A stretch of 64,000 bases of DNA from an uncultured Cytophaga sp. (GCF_937863595.1 NZ_CALMGQ010000136.1:1894-65893), one strand, 5' to 3'; shown: positions 39,255 through 49,044, counted from the first letter of the stretch. The notes: generated by a model not told the origin, from the letters alone. Numbers and translations: made by a program.

Positions 39255-39860
39255 ATGAAAATTTCAACTGTTTGTGATTCCGCATTGGTATCTCAATATA
39301 TCCACGGTAACGAAGAGGCTTTTGCTGAACTCATAAAAAGGCACAAATCAAAAGTTTATTCCACTATTTATTTAATTGTCAAGGATCGCTACATAGCAGA
39401 AGATCTCTTGCAAGACGTTTTTATTAAGGTCATTCACAAGATGAAAGGCGGACAATATAACGAAGAGGGGAAATTTTTACCTTGGGTTGCTCGTATTGCG
39501 CACAATTTAGCCATCGATTATTTCAGACGTACTAAAAGATATCCGACCGTCGTTATGGATGAAGGAATGAATATTTTCGACACCCTGCACTTTTCTGAAG
39601 ATTCGTATGAAACCACTCAGATTAAAGCAGAAAACGAAAATTTAATTCATTCGTTGATTCAAAAATTGCCTGAAAGTCAGCGTGAAGTAGTAATGATGAG
39701 ACATTTCTCCGACATGAGTTTTCAGGAAATTGCTGATGCTACTGGTGTAAGTATTAACACCGCTTTGGGCAGAATGCGTTATGCATTGATCAATCTCCGC
39801 AAGGAGCTGACACCGCAACCAAAGACGCCTGTGTATGATAAAAACGTTTACCCAAAATGA
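39255..39860 (+). CDS. ECF-type RNA polymerase sigma-70 family factor
   Basis: 201 aa with region 2 (DLLQDVFIKV..., WVARIAHNLAIDYFRR) and region 4 (MRHFSDMSFQEIADATGVSINTALGRMRYA). Confidence 0.9.
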   Translation: MKISTVCDSALVSQYIHGNEEAFAELIKRHKSKVYSTIYLIVKDRYIAEDLLQDVFIKVIHKMKGGQYNEEGKFLPWVARIAHNLAIDYFRRTKRYPTVVMDEGMNIFDTLHFSEDSYETTQIKAENENLIHSLIQKLPESQREVVMMRHFSDMSFQEIADATGVSINTALGRMRYALINLRKELTPQPKTPVYDKNVYPK

Positions 39861-40065
39861 TGTTGTTCGATTTGTTTATGATGAAGTAGGTCCGATTGAA
39901 CGGACTCAGTTTAAAAGTTTGTTATTAATTGATTCAGATTTTCACCAATTGTATACAAAATACAATAAAATGAAAATGCGATTAGACAAAACAACTCTTG
40001 AACCTTCAGAAAATGTCATAAACCGTATTTTAATGTATTCAAAATCCTTTTCTTTGCAACAGTAA
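39835..40065 (+). CDS. Hypothetical small protein downstream of the sigma factor (possible cognate regulator)
   Basis: 76 aa, overlapping the sigma gene end by 26 nt. I recognised no motif. Confidence 0.4.
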   Translation: MIKTFTQNDVVRFVYDEVGPIERTQFKSLLLIDSDFHQLYTKYNKMKMRLDKTTLEPSENVINRILMYSKSFSLQQ

Positions 40066-40074
40066 ATTACTGAT

Positions 40075-40728
40075 ATGCTACGCAAAGAACGTTTTGAAAG
40101 ATTTCTTTCCTATTTCTCAACCCATTCACCCGAACCAGAAACAGAGCTCGTATATACAAATCCATACGAGCTCTTGGTGGCGGTGAGTTTGAGTGCGCAA
40201 TGCACAGACAAACGGGTTAACCTCACAACTCCGGCTTTATTCAATCGTTTTCCCGATGCCTATGCTTTATCACAAGCAACGGTAGAAGAAGTATTTGGGT
40301 ACATTCGAAGCATATCCTACCCCAACAACAAAGCCAAACATTTGGTTGGAATGGCACAATTACTCATCAACGATTATAAGGGAGAAATACCTGACACAGT
40401 TGAAGAGTTGATCAAACTTCCAGGCGTTGGCCGCAAAACAGCAAATGTAATTGCCAGTGTCATTTGGCATCAACCAACCATGGCGGTTGATACGCACGTA
40501 TATAGGGTTTCAAGAAGAATTGGATTGGTGCCGCAAACGGCAACAACTCCATTAGCAGTTGAAAAACATCTGATGAAATACATTCCAACGGATCTTGTTT
40601 ACAAATCACATCACTGGCTTATTTTACACGGTCGCTATACCTGTTTGGCACGCACACCAAAATGCGAAATTTGTCCGCTTACAGATATTTGTATGTATTA
40701 CGCTAAAAAAATAAAGGCGGAGAAATAG
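40075..40728 (+). CDS. nth: Endonuclease III
   Basis: 217 aa with HhH-GPD (LPGVGRKTANV), catalytic D in VDTHV, and a C-terminal 4Fe-4S cluster CLARTPKCEICPLTDIC. Confidence 0.93.
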   Translation: MLRKERFERFLSYFSTHSPEPETELVYTNPYELLVAVSLSAQCTDKRVNLTTPALFNRFPDAYALSQATVEEVFGYIRSISYPNNKAKHLVGMAQLLINDYKGEIPDTVEELIKLPGVGRKTANVIASVIWHQPTMAVDTHVYRVSRRIGLVPQTATTPLAVEKHLMKYIPTDLVYKSHHWLILHGRYTCLARTPKCEICPLTDICMYYAKKIKAEK

Positions 40729-40796
40729 TTTGTACTTATAGTGTTAGGTTAAAAAGGCACATGTATATTATCTATTATATATCCGCAGTACATCGT

Positions 40797-40824
40797 CTAG
40801 CAACTGGAAACTAGCGCCTAGCAA
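40797..40824. repeat. Heptad array, CTAG family (inverted orientation): CTAGCAA CTGGAAA CTAGCGC CTAGCAA
   Basis: C[T]NG units start at 40797, 40804, 40811 and 40818. The reverse complement contains CTAGTTTCCAG, as at 7695-7705. Confidence 0.8.
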
Positions 40825-40954
40825 CATTTCTTCGTGTTTGGGCAAAAACCAGCGTACACGAATTATTAAAACACAATCCAATAGTTTCACTGAAATGTGC
40901 TACTAGAGTTTCATTTTTTATTGTACCTTATCGCTGTATCTTATCCCTGTTATT

Positions 40955-42811
40955 TTGTGCGGCATTAATGTAATCATCGACAAAAAAGGGCATTTAACAG
41001 CTGACTCTATTCAAGCTATGAATGCTGCAACTCTTTATAGAGGACCAGACAATAGTGATTTCGTTTCCTTTCAATACAAAGGGCAGCACATCTTTATTGG
41101 CAACAATCGATTGGAAATTGTTGACCGTAATGTACACTCCAACCAACCTTTTCACTCTAAAGACAAACGCTATTCTTTAACGTTTAACGGGGCTATCTAT
41201 AATTACAAAGAATTAAAACAACGAATATCGAACGATGAATGGCAAACAGAATCCGATACAGAGGTTTTACTTCATTGGATGATGGAAAAAGGTTTAGGAG
41301 GATTAACTGAATTGAATGGCATGTTTGCATTTGCGTTGTATGATCGACAAGAAAACAGCCTAGTTATTGCACGTGATCCAAGCGGAATTAAACCAGTGTA
41401 CTACTATAACGACGATAATTATTTTATTGCTTCTTCAGAAATCAAGGGGATACTTGCTAGCGGTTTGGTTAAAAAAGAATTTAACAGCTCTCAAGTAAAC
41501 CATTACTTACAATTCAAATACGCAGCAAAGCCATTTACCTTTTATAAAAATATTTTTGAATTGAATGAAGCATCATTCATTAAAATCGATGCGCATGATT
41601 TTAAAATAAAACGCTACGAAAGACCTGTAAATATAGCAGACAGCAGTCCCGTTAAAGACCAAACACTCATACATACATGTAATGATTTATTAACAAATTC
41701 TGTTTCAAGACAATTGGTGGCAGATGTTCCTGTGGGATTGTTTTTAAGTGGTGGAATTGATTCGACTTTATTGCTTTCAAAAATACATTCTTTAGGACAT
41801 ATCGGGTTTCCGACCTTTACCATTGCGAATGCTTTAAATGAAAAAGCCTACGGAACAAACGATGTTACCTTTGCGCGTTTGGCTGCAAAGAAATATCAAT
41901 CCGATCATCATGAAATAAACGTGGACTCTAGTATGCTGCAACAACTTCCGGAGTTTGTAAAACTAATTGATCAACCTATTGGAGATTCGGCGATTTTCTT
42001 AACGCACGTCATTTCTGAAGAAGCGAAAAAACACATCAAGGTAGCACTTAACGGTGCTGGAGCAGATGAAATGTTTGCTGGCTACAACCGACACCAAGCT
42101 TATAATAGTTATCTCCATCATCTGTTGCACAAAAAGACGGCGATAAAATTGATAAAAGGAACCTACAATATTCTGCCCGATGGAGGGAATCATTCGCTCA
42201 AAAAAGTATTTCGTTTGTGGAACAAATTTACAGGATTATTAGATGTAGATCCCATTCAAACATGCATGAATTTTTCGTCTTCTGAATACTTTATTCAAAG
42301 AGATGATTCAACTCAAGAAGAGGCTGAAGACAAAAACTACGAAGATGTTTCATATTATCTAAATTTTTGTTTGCGCACCGATCGATCAAAATATTTAATT
42401 TCCGACATTCTTGCGCTTACGGATAAAATGACCATGCGTTCTTCTATTGAAGCGCGTGTACCTTATTTGGATCAAGAGGTTAAGCAATTTGTTGAAGGAT
42501 TGAATCCATCGGTATTGTTGAAAAACGGAAGGAAGTGGATACTCAAAGAAGTATTAAAAATGAACGGGGGGGCAGCGTTTTTAAATCGTCCCAAAGAAGG
42601 TTTTGGTATGCCTTTTGGGCGTTGGATTAAGATGCCTCAAAATATAAATTTTGTGAAGCAATTGAGGAATAGTCTTCATCCAATTTATGAATGGGTTCCG
42701 TATGATACAGTTGGGAAACTTATAGACACACATCTGAACAATAGCAGAGATTGCTCTTCGGAGTTATGGTCTGTGTTGTTGCTTATGAATTGGTATGAAA
42801 AAGAATTTTAA
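40955..42811 (+). CDS. asnB: Asparagine synthase (glutamine-hydrolysing)
   Basis: 618 aa. A TTG start is followed by Cys2 (MCGI...), as expected for class-II amidotransferases. SGGIDS PP-loop motif (LFLSGGIDST). Confidence 0.85.
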   Translation: MCGINVIIDKKGHLTADSIQAMNAATLYRGPDNSDFVSFQYKGQHIFIGNNRLEIVDRNVHSNQPFHSKDKRYSLTFNGAIYNYKELKQRISNDEWQTESDTEVLLHWMMEKGLGGLTELNGMFAFALYDRQENSLVIARDPSGIKPVYYYNDDNYFIASSEIKGILASGLVKKEFNSSQVNHYLQFKYAAKPFTFYKNIFELNEASFIKIDAHDFKIKRYERPVNIADSSPVKDQTLIHTCNDLLTNSVSRQLVADVPVGLFLSGGIDSTLLLSKIHSLGHIGFPTFTIANALNEKAYGTNDVTFARLAAKKYQSDHHEINVDSSMLQQLPEFVKLIDQPIGDSAIFLTHVISEEAKKHIKVALNGAGADEMFAGYNRHQAYNSYLHHLLHKKTAIKLIKGTYNILPDGGNHSLKKVFRLWNKFTGLLDVDPIQTCMNFSSSEYFIQRDDSTQEEAEDKNYEDVSYYLNFCLRTDRSKYLISDILALTDKMTMRSSIEARVPYLDQEVKQFVEGLNPSVLLKNGRKWILKEVLKMNGGAAFLNRPKEGFGMPFGRWIKMPQNINFVKQLRNSLHPIYEWVPYDTVGKLIDTHLNNSRDCSSELWSVLLLMNWYEKEF

Positions 42812-43986
42812 TGAAGATTTTATACATACATCAATACTTTAAAACGCCAGAAGAAGGCGGTGCTATTCGCTCCTGGCATATCGCTTCGGGTATGGTACAA
42901 GCGGGACATGAAGTGCATCTAATTACCTCTCACAACAAGCCCGAACAAATTACAAGACTCATTAATGGAATTACCGTAACGTATCTTCCAATCGCCTACG
43001 ACAATGCCTTTGGTTTTTTTAAACGAACGATTTCATTTTTACGTTTTATTCTTTCTTCTTATTCGTGTGCAAAAAAAATTGGAGGTGTTGATTTGTGCTA
43101 TGCTACCTCAACACCCATAACTGTTGGGTTTGTATCCTTGCTTCTAAAACGAAATAAGAACATTCCGTATATTTTTGAAGTGCGTGACTTATGGCCAGAA
43201 GCTCCGATACAAATGGGCGTCATTAAAAACAGCTTGCTCAAATATTTCTTGTTCAAACTTGAAAAAAATATTTACTCGCATGCAAAAAAAATTATCGCTT
43301 TGTCTCCGAGCATGAAAGACAGTATTGTCAAAATGTGTCCGGCTAAGGAAGTTGTTGTAATCCCAAATATGTCAGACTGTGCATTTTTTCAATACAAAGA
43401 AAAAAATGAGTCTTTAGAAAAAAAAATCGGCATTGATGGAAATTTTGTAGTTAGTTATATAGGAAGCGCAGGCCTTTCCAATAATCTTACCTACTTAGTT
43501 GACATCATAGATTATTGTAAAAAAATAAAAAATACGGATTTATTCTTTGTCATTCAAGCGGCTGGTTCTGAATTGAATTATATTCAAGATGAAATAAAAA
43601 AAATCAATTATCCCTTCGTTAAATTCATCCCTTACAGCAATAAGCAAGGTGTAAAAGAAGTGTTGAACATAAGCGATGCAGTTTACATATCATTCGATTC
43701 AAAACCTATATTGCAAACAAATAGCCCGAATAAATTTTTTGACGCACTTGCTGCAGGTCGTATGGTGATTGTAAATACAGAAGGTTGGCTAAAAGATATT
43801 ATTGAGAAAGAAGGGCTTGGGTTTTATGCAAATCCTAAAATTCCCCAAGATTTCATAGACAAGATTCAACCGTATATAAACGACAAAACTCGCCTGCATG
43901 CTTCTCAGAACAATGCCAGACGAGTTGCTGAAGATTATTTTTCAACCGATATATTGGTTGCGAAAGTTATAGAGACAATTTGCTGA
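42811..43986 (+). CDS. Glycosyltransferase family 4-like
   Basis: 391 aa with a GT-B N-terminus (KILYIHQYFKTPEEGG). The start overlaps the asnB stop (TAATG). Confidence 0.75.
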   Translation: MKILYIHQYFKTPEEGGAIRSWHIASGMVQAGHEVHLITSHNKPEQITRLINGITVTYLPIAYDNAFGFFKRTISFLRFILSSYSCAKKIGGVDLCYATSTPITVGFVSLLLKRNKNIPYIFEVRDLWPEAPIQMGVIKNSLLKYFLFKLEKNIYSHAKKIIALSPSMKDSIVKMCPAKEVVVIPNMSDCAFFQYKEKNESLEKKIGIDGNFVVSYIGSAGLSNNLTYLVDIIDYCKKIKNTDLFFVIQAAGSELNYIQDEIKKINYPFVKFIPYSNKQGVKEVLNISDAVYISFDSKPILQTNSPNKFFDALAAGRMVIVNTEGWLKDIIEKEGLGFYANPKIPQDFIDKIQPYINDKTRLHASQNNARRVAEDYFSTDILVAKVIETIC

Positions 43987-43987
43987 T

Positions 43988-45016
43988 TTATTTTTTTGGT
44001 TTTAATGGTGGCTTATAACCCGATTCCTTGAATATTTTTCCGGCATCCTTTTGATCCATTAATTCTTGCAGAGTAACTTCTGGGTGTGTGATCATGTACT
44101 TGCGTACAATTTGCCAGCCCAACCATCTTCCAATGCGTCCCGGACAATCGTTACTTATTTCATTTACAAATGGACCTTCGCCTGTATATTGCTCTACGAT
44201 TTTACGGCTTGATTCAAATAAAATTTTACGATCGATAAAATGTCCCCAAATAACAGGAAGATTCGCATCAATCGATTTTAATTCTTTTGAACTGTACCCT
44301 ATATTTAAAGAATCTTCCAAATCAGGCATCACGCGTTCAACAAAATAATGCGCCTTCCCATAATAAATCATTTCCGCCAATAGTGTTTCGTCTGAGGGGT
44401 TATTCTTATTAAATTTTGTTGATATACCTAAAGCGATCATGGGCAATAAATACGGCTTATCGTAGCGGCCCAACATATATTCATATAAGTTTGGTTTGTA
44501 CGAAGATTTAGGGCCTAAATACCAATCCAAACACACTACAATTGCTGAGTCAGAGAAAGAAATGTCTGGCTCCATTAAACCAGAGTAAATGGTATAAATT
44601 TTGGGTTCCTTAAAATCAGTGATATAGTATTCCATTAATTGAAAAGCCGATGCTAAGCCACTTTTAAATTGCTTCATATCGCCCCATGTTGAGTCTACTT
44701 CCTTGCCAAAGTTTCTCAAGCCTGGATTGTTATAATAACCAAACATGTGATCAACATCTGCAGCCATGGGCTTTTTAGCAACACCTCTAAGATATTGTTT
44801 AAAAAATGGAGGGTTCGCTACCAAAATTCGCTCCATCTCTTCCTTAGTTTGCATGGCCAATAATTGTTTGTCCAACCGAATAACGTCCGCAGCAACAACT
44901 ACCTCTTCTGCCTCTTCAGGCTTTATAACTTGTTTCTCAATTACATTTGATTCCGACTTTTGATCTTTGCAAGAAAAAAGTGCCGCTGTAAATAGTATCG
45001 CTATCCAAAATTTCAT
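43988..45016 (-). CDS. Lipoprotein, possibly gliding-motility lipoprotein GldB (DUF2268-like)
   Basis: 342 aa with a lipobox (LFTAALFSC). Size and lipoprotein nature fit GldB, and gldD is present in the same window. The family call is from memory only. Confidence 0.4.
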   Translation of the reverse strand: MKFWIAILFTAALFSCKDQKSESNVIEKQVIKPEEAEEVVVAADVIRLDKQLLAMQTKEEMERILVANPPFFKQYLRGVAKKPMAADVDHMFGYYNNPGLRNFGKEVDSTWGDMKQFKSGLASAFQLMEYYITDFKEPKIYTIYSGLMEPDISFSDSAIVVCLDWYLGPKSSYKPNLYEYMLGRYDKPYLLPMIALGISTKFNKNNPSDETLLAEMIYYGKAHYFVERVMPDLEDSLNIGYSSKELKSIDANLPVIWGHFIDRKILFESSRKIVEQYTGEGPFVNEISNDCPGRIGRWLGWQIVRKYMITHPEVTLQELMDQKDAGKIFKESGYKPPLKPKK

Positions 45017-45060
45017 ATTTTTAAAGATATATTAATTTTAATATACATAACGACAAATTT

Positions 45061-45774
45061 ATGAAAAAAATATCGCTTCTTTTTTTATCTAGCTTTTTAA
45101 CTGTAGCAAGTTTTGCTCAAGTAACCATTGGCTTGCGTGCTTCATCGGTTGTATGTATGGATCGAGTAAAAGATTTGAACAATGCAGATGGTTATGAATT
45201 TAAAAATAATAGTTCAGGTATTCGTTTTGCAGTAGGCCCAACGTTTGATTTTGCAATAAGCGACAATTATGCCTTTTCTACAGGTGCGTGGTATTTAAGT
45301 AGAAGATCTGGATTGTCTATTAACAGCCCTTCTGGAGTCACAAATCCAGCCACAAATCCATTTAGCCTCTACCAAGGTTCGGTTGACCAAAAGGATATTG
45401 TAAGTCTTCAATCCGTCCAAATTCCAATAACATTTAAAGTGTATACAAATGAAATTACAACCAATGTAAAGTTGTATTTTCAATTAGGCGCATTAGCAAC
45501 CATAAATTTTTATGAAAAATTTAAAAGTCAAAATTCTAGTTTAGTTGGTGATTATCAAAACAAATACAATGCATTTGATGTGTCTGCCTACATGGCGGCA
45601 GGCGTTAATTACCAGATTGGTGAATCGAATGCTTTGTTTGCTGGATTGTATTATAGCAGAGGTCTAACAAACGTTTTGAATAGTAGAACTTCTAATACAA
45701 CTAATGAAAAATTTAATAAGTCTGCAAAATACAATATGGATTTAATTGGTTTAGAAGTAGGTATAAACTTTTAA
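45061..45774 (+). CDS. Outer-membrane beta-barrel protein (OMP_b-brl_2 / PorT-like family)
   Basis: 237 aa with a signal peptide (FLTVASFAQ), amphipathic beta-strands and a terminal ...VGINF. Confidence 0.55.
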   Translation: MKKISLLFLSSFLTVASFAQVTIGLRASSVVCMDRVKDLNNADGYEFKNNSSGIRFAVGPTFDFAISDNYAFSTGAWYLSRRSGLSINSPSGVTNPATNPFSLYQGSVDQKDIVSLQSVQIPITFKVYTNEITTNVKLYFQLGALATINFYEKFKSQNSSLVGDYQNKYNAFDVSAYMAAGVNYQIGESNALFAGLYYSRGLTNVLNSRTSNTTNEKFNKSAKYNMDLIGLEVGINF

Positions 45775-45792
45775 AATACGTTATTATTAATA

Positions 45793-45833
45793 AAAAAATC
45801 CCTTTCCGATAATTATCAGAAAGGGATTTTTTT
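45793..45833. terminator. Bidirectional intrinsic terminator
   Basis: AAAAAATCCCTTTC (45793-45806) pairs with GAAAGGGATTTTTT (45819-45832). Confidence 0.8.
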
Positions 45834-45853
45834 ATTAATACGATATTAAAGAA

Positions 45854-47461
45854 TTATTTTTCTGAAGTAACGTATTCTTCGTTTCTATAATCCTCAAGTG
45901 TTGCTTCACTTTCCATATCAATATTTTGAGAACCTTCATCTAAGAATTTAAACTCTGTTAAACCCAGAGATGAATCTGTTCGCAATTTCACATAACGGAA
46001 ATACTTTAAGAACCATTTTGTTCTCTTAGATATAAAGCCCGCTGTAAAATATGCATAAATATATGGATGCAATACCAAGGTTATGTTTTTCTCATTTTGC
46101 TTGGTAATGATGTAATCCAACTTGTGTTCTATTTGATCGGTTACTGCAATACTTGCACTGATTTTGCCTGTGCCATTACAGCTAGGACAAACTTCTAGCG
46201 TAATTAAATTTGTTTGAGGACGTACACGTTCTCTCGTAATTTGCATCAAGCCAAATTTTGTTAATGGAAGAATCACGTTTTTAGAACGATCGTCTTTCAT
46301 TTCCAATTTCATGCGTTCGTATATTACTTTGCGGTTATCGAGATTTTTCATATCGATAAAATCCACAACAATAATACCGCCCATATCTCTAAGTCTTAAT
46401 TGACGTGCTATTTCACGACAAGATTCTAGATTGGTGTGTAATGCTGTTTCTTCTTGGCTGGTTTCAGTATTTGATTTGTTACCACTGTTCACATCAATAA
46501 CATGTAATGCTTCTGTGTGTTCAATAATCAAATATCCACCGCCCGTTAAACTAACGGATTTTCCGAATAAGGTTTTCAGTTGTTTTTCTACACCCGTAGC
46601 TTCAAACATTTTTGTTTTGCCTTGGTGTAATTTAACTAAGCGTTCCTTATCAGGAGCAATGTTTTTAATGTACGAACGGAGATCGTCATACAACTCTTTT
46701 GTATCTACATTGATGCTGTCAAAACTCTCGTTCAACATATCTCTTAAGATGGAAGAGGTGCGATCCAATTCGCCAATAATTAAGTCTCTAGGTCTTGCTT
46801 TCTTAAGAACAGCAATACCATCTTCCCACGTTTTTACTAAATTTCGAAGATCCTTATCAAGTTCCGCAACCTCTTTATTCGACGCTACTGTGCGTATGAT
46901 TACGCCGAAGTTTTCTGGACGAATAGAAGAAATTAAGCGTACCAAACGTTGGCGCTCTTCTTTATCTGTAATTTTTTTGGAGACAGAAACTACATTAGAA
47001 AAAGGTACTAAAACTAAATAACGACCTGCAAGAGAAATCTCGCATGAAAGTCTAGGCCCCTTTGTAGATATAGGTTCTTTAACAACCTGAACTAAAATTT
47101 GGGTTCCTTTATCTAGTACCTGAATTACTTTACCATCTTTTTTTATTTCCGGTTCTAACTCAAACTTTTTGAGTAGCGCCGGGGTGGATGCTGAGGTAAT
47201 TGCATTTTTTGTAAACTTGCTCAGGGATTTAATCTTCGGACCAAGGTCAAAATAATGCAAAAAAGCATCCTTCTCATACCCAACATCTATGAAAGCTGCA
47301 TTCAGTCCAGGTACGACTTTGCGTACTGTACCTAAATAGATATCACCAACATTAAATTTACGGGCATGATCCTCAAATTGGTATTCAACAAGCCTCTTAT
47401 CGTGGATTAGGGCAATGCGATCTCCATTTTGAGACGAACTTATAAATAATTCGTTGCTCAC
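45854..47461 (-). CDS. Ribonuclease E/G family protein
   Basis: 535 aa with an N-terminal S1 domain (GDIYLGTVRKVVPGLNAAFIDVG) and a catalytic region (VIDVNSG..., GGIIVVDFIDM). Confidence 0.9.
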   Translation of the reverse strand: MSNELFISSSQNGDRIALIHDKRLVEYQFEDHARKFNVGDIYLGTVRKVVPGLNAAFIDVGYEKDAFLHYFDLGPKIKSLSKFTKNAITSASTPALLKKFELEPEIKKDGKVIQVLDKGTQILVQVVKEPISTKGPRLSCEISLAGRYLVLVPFSNVVSVSKKITDKEERQRLVRLISSIRPENFGVIIRTVASNKEVAELDKDLRNLVKTWEDGIAVLKKARPRDLIIGELDRTSSILRDMLNESFDSINVDTKELYDDLRSYIKNIAPDKERLVKLHQGKTKMFEATGVEKQLKTLFGKSVSLTGGGYLIIEHTEALHVIDVNSGNKSNTETSQEETALHTNLESCREIARQLRLRDMGGIIVVDFIDMKNLDNRKVIYERMKLEMKDDRSKNVILPLTKFGLMQITRERVRPQTNLITLEVCPSCNGTGKISASIAVTDQIEHKLDYIITKQNEKNITLVLHPYIYAYFTAGFISKRTKWFLKYFRYVKLRTDSSLGLTEFKFLDEGSQNIDMESEATLEDYRNEEYVTSEK

Positions 47462-47498
47462 GCTTCTATTTAAATGTAAAAGGTTCTAAAATAGAAAT

Positions 47499-47525
47499 TA
47501 GCTGGAATCTGAAAGAAACCAGCTA
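47499..47525 (-). terminator. Candidate terminator after the 29-aa basic ORF
   Basis: TAGCTGG (47499-47505) pairs with CCAGCTA (47519-47525). T-rich downstream on the minus strand. Confidence 0.4.
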
Positions 47526-47552
47526 TTTCAAAACTTATTAAGAAAGAAGGGA

Positions 47553-47642
47553 CTACTTCTTCTTATGTCTATTTTTTCTTAGACGTTTTTTTCTTTTGTG
47601 TGTAGCGATCTTATGTCGTTTTCTTTTTTTACCGCAAGGCAT
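47553..47642 (-). CDS. 29-aa hyper-basic protein MPCGKKRKRHKIATHKRKKRLRKNRHKKK (candidate small ribosome-associated protein, bS22/AURKAIP1-like)
   Basis: ATG at 47642 and TAG at 47553-47555. It falls below the ORF-track length cut-off. About 20 of 29 residues are K/R/H. It sits between the TPR gene and rne/rng on the same strand and is followed by a hairpin. Confidence 0.5.
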   Translation of the reverse strand: MPCGKKRKRHKIATHKRKKRLRKNRHKKK

Positions 47643-47668
47643 AATTGTAATCGTTTAAATGTATAATA

Positions 47669-48556
47669 TTATTGATTAGATTCTTTTAAATAGCTATCAA
47701 CGATTGCTTGAAACTCAGGGTCTTTATCCAACCCTTTTGCTTTTTCAAAGTATTGTTTCGCCTTCTTTTTATTTCCCAATTCTTGATAACTTAAACCTAA
47801 GTAAAACGTTCCAGACGCATGTTCTGGATTCACTTCAGTCAAAGTTTTAAAGCGCTCTGCTGCTTTCGCATATTGGCCAGATTGCATAGACAAATATCCC
47901 AAATTAAATAAAGCCGTTTGATTTGTCGGATCTTCTTTAATTACATCTCTCAAAAGAGTGACGCCTTCCATTGGGTTAGACGTGGTAACATACGTCATTG
48001 CCAATTTGGATTTTGTATCTAAATCTGCTGCATTTAACTCAAGCGCTTTTTTATAAAAGCCTCTTGATTTATCCATGTAAGCAGATTTTTCATTTACTGA
48101 AACTAAATCTGATGCTTGCATGAATGCATCGCCTGCAGAAACTAAATTTTTCTCGGTTGGCTGCAATACTGCAATTTCCCCTGAATATTTAGCAACACTA
48201 TCATATTGGTGGAATTTTGTATAAAACACCAAAATTGAGTCTGCAAAGATACGCTTTTTTTCGTTATTCGAAATGGAATAATAATTCTTTGTTAAATCTT
48301 GTATTCTTTTTTGATCGGCATCAGACGCTTTATGCGTGTGCTTCTCAGCCATCATTTTGCCAATCTCAGATAACGAGTCCGATTTAGCAACAGGTGTTTC
48401 TGTGCCAGACACCTCATCTTTTTCATTGTGAACCAAGAACTTAGGAAGGCTAAATACAAGTCCAATACCTACTACAGCTATTAAAGCTACAATGATTTGT
48501 TTCTTTTGCATGATTAAAGAAGAATAGAAAGAGCCTGCATGTACATACAGGCTCAA
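47669..48556 (-). CDS. Membrane-anchored tetratricopeptide-repeat protein
   Basis: 295 aa. The likely start is Met16 (48511; MQKKQIIVALIAVVGIGLVF). TPR-like repeats follow (e.g. ALFNLGYLSMQSGQYAKAAERFK). Confidence 0.65.
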   Translation of the reverse strand: MSLYVHAGSFYSSLIMQKKQIIVALIAVVGIGLVFSLPKFLVHNEKDEVSGTETPVAKSDSLSEIGKMMAEKHTHKASDADQKRIQDLTKNYYSISNNEKKRIFADSILVFYTKFHQYDSVAKYSGEIAVLQPTEKNLVSAGDAFMQASDLVSVNEKSAYMDKSRGFYKKALELNAADLDTKSKLAMTYVTTSNPMEGVTLLRDVIKEDPTNQTALFNLGYLSMQSGQYAKAAERFKTLTEVNPEHASGTFYLGLSYQELGNKKKAKQYFEKAKGLDKDPEFQAIVDSYLKESNQ

Positions 48557-48586
48557 CTCATTTTATTTCATCAAATAATGCTGATA

Positions 48587-48919
48587 CTAGTCAACTTCTT
48601 CGTCAGCAGCAATAAGTTTCTCTGCCATAACTTTTACTTTCTTGCTAGATTTGATTTTCTCAACGAAAACCTTAGCAGGCTTAAAGCTTGGAATGTAGTG
48701 CTCATCTATGATGATTGCTGTGTTTTTAGAAATGTTACGTGCTACTTTGCGTGCGCGTTTTTTGTTGATAAAACTACCGAAACCTCTTACGTAGATGTTG
48801 TTTCCTTCAGACATAGAGTCCTTGACAACCTTAAAGAATGCTTCTACTGTTGTTGTTACATCAGCTTTGTCAATTCCTGTCTTTTCTGCGATTTCGTTAA
48901 TTACGTCTGCCTTCGTCAT
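48587..48919 (-). CDS. HU family DNA-binding protein
   Basis: 110 aa with MTKADVINEIAEKTGI...VRGFGSF...RNISKNTAIIIDEHYIPSFKPAK, the HU/IHF fold pattern, plus an acidic C-terminal extension. Confidence 0.9.
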   Translation of the reverse strand: MTKADVINEIAEKTGIDKADVTTTVEAFFKVVKDSMSEGNNIYVRGFGSFINKKRARKVARNISKNTAIIIDEHYIPSFKPAKVFVEKIKSSKKVKVMAEKLIAADEEVD

Positions 48920-49044
48920 TACTCTATATTTATTAATTATATGATACTTAATTAGTTCAAAAATAGCTTACAAATTTAGGCTACTATTTCGTGAATAAAA
49001 AATATATTTACTTAATTAATCCTACATAATTTTGTGTAACATAA

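Noticed and set aside
40726-40751. TAGTTTG TACTTA TAGTGT TAGGTT after the nth stop as a CTAG-family left arm
   Set aside because: The spacing is 7, 6, 6 rather than a constant 7. It is mentioned only as a possibly degenerate arm.
48971-49033. Bacteroidota -7-type promoter motifs (TAnnTTTG): TAAATTTG on the minus strand at 48978-48971 upstream of HU, and TAATTTTG at 49026-49033 upstream of mutY
   Set aside because: Each matches the -7 consensus, but I could not find a convincing -33 TTTG partner at the right distance. Such octamers are common in AT-rich DNA, so they are not reported as features.
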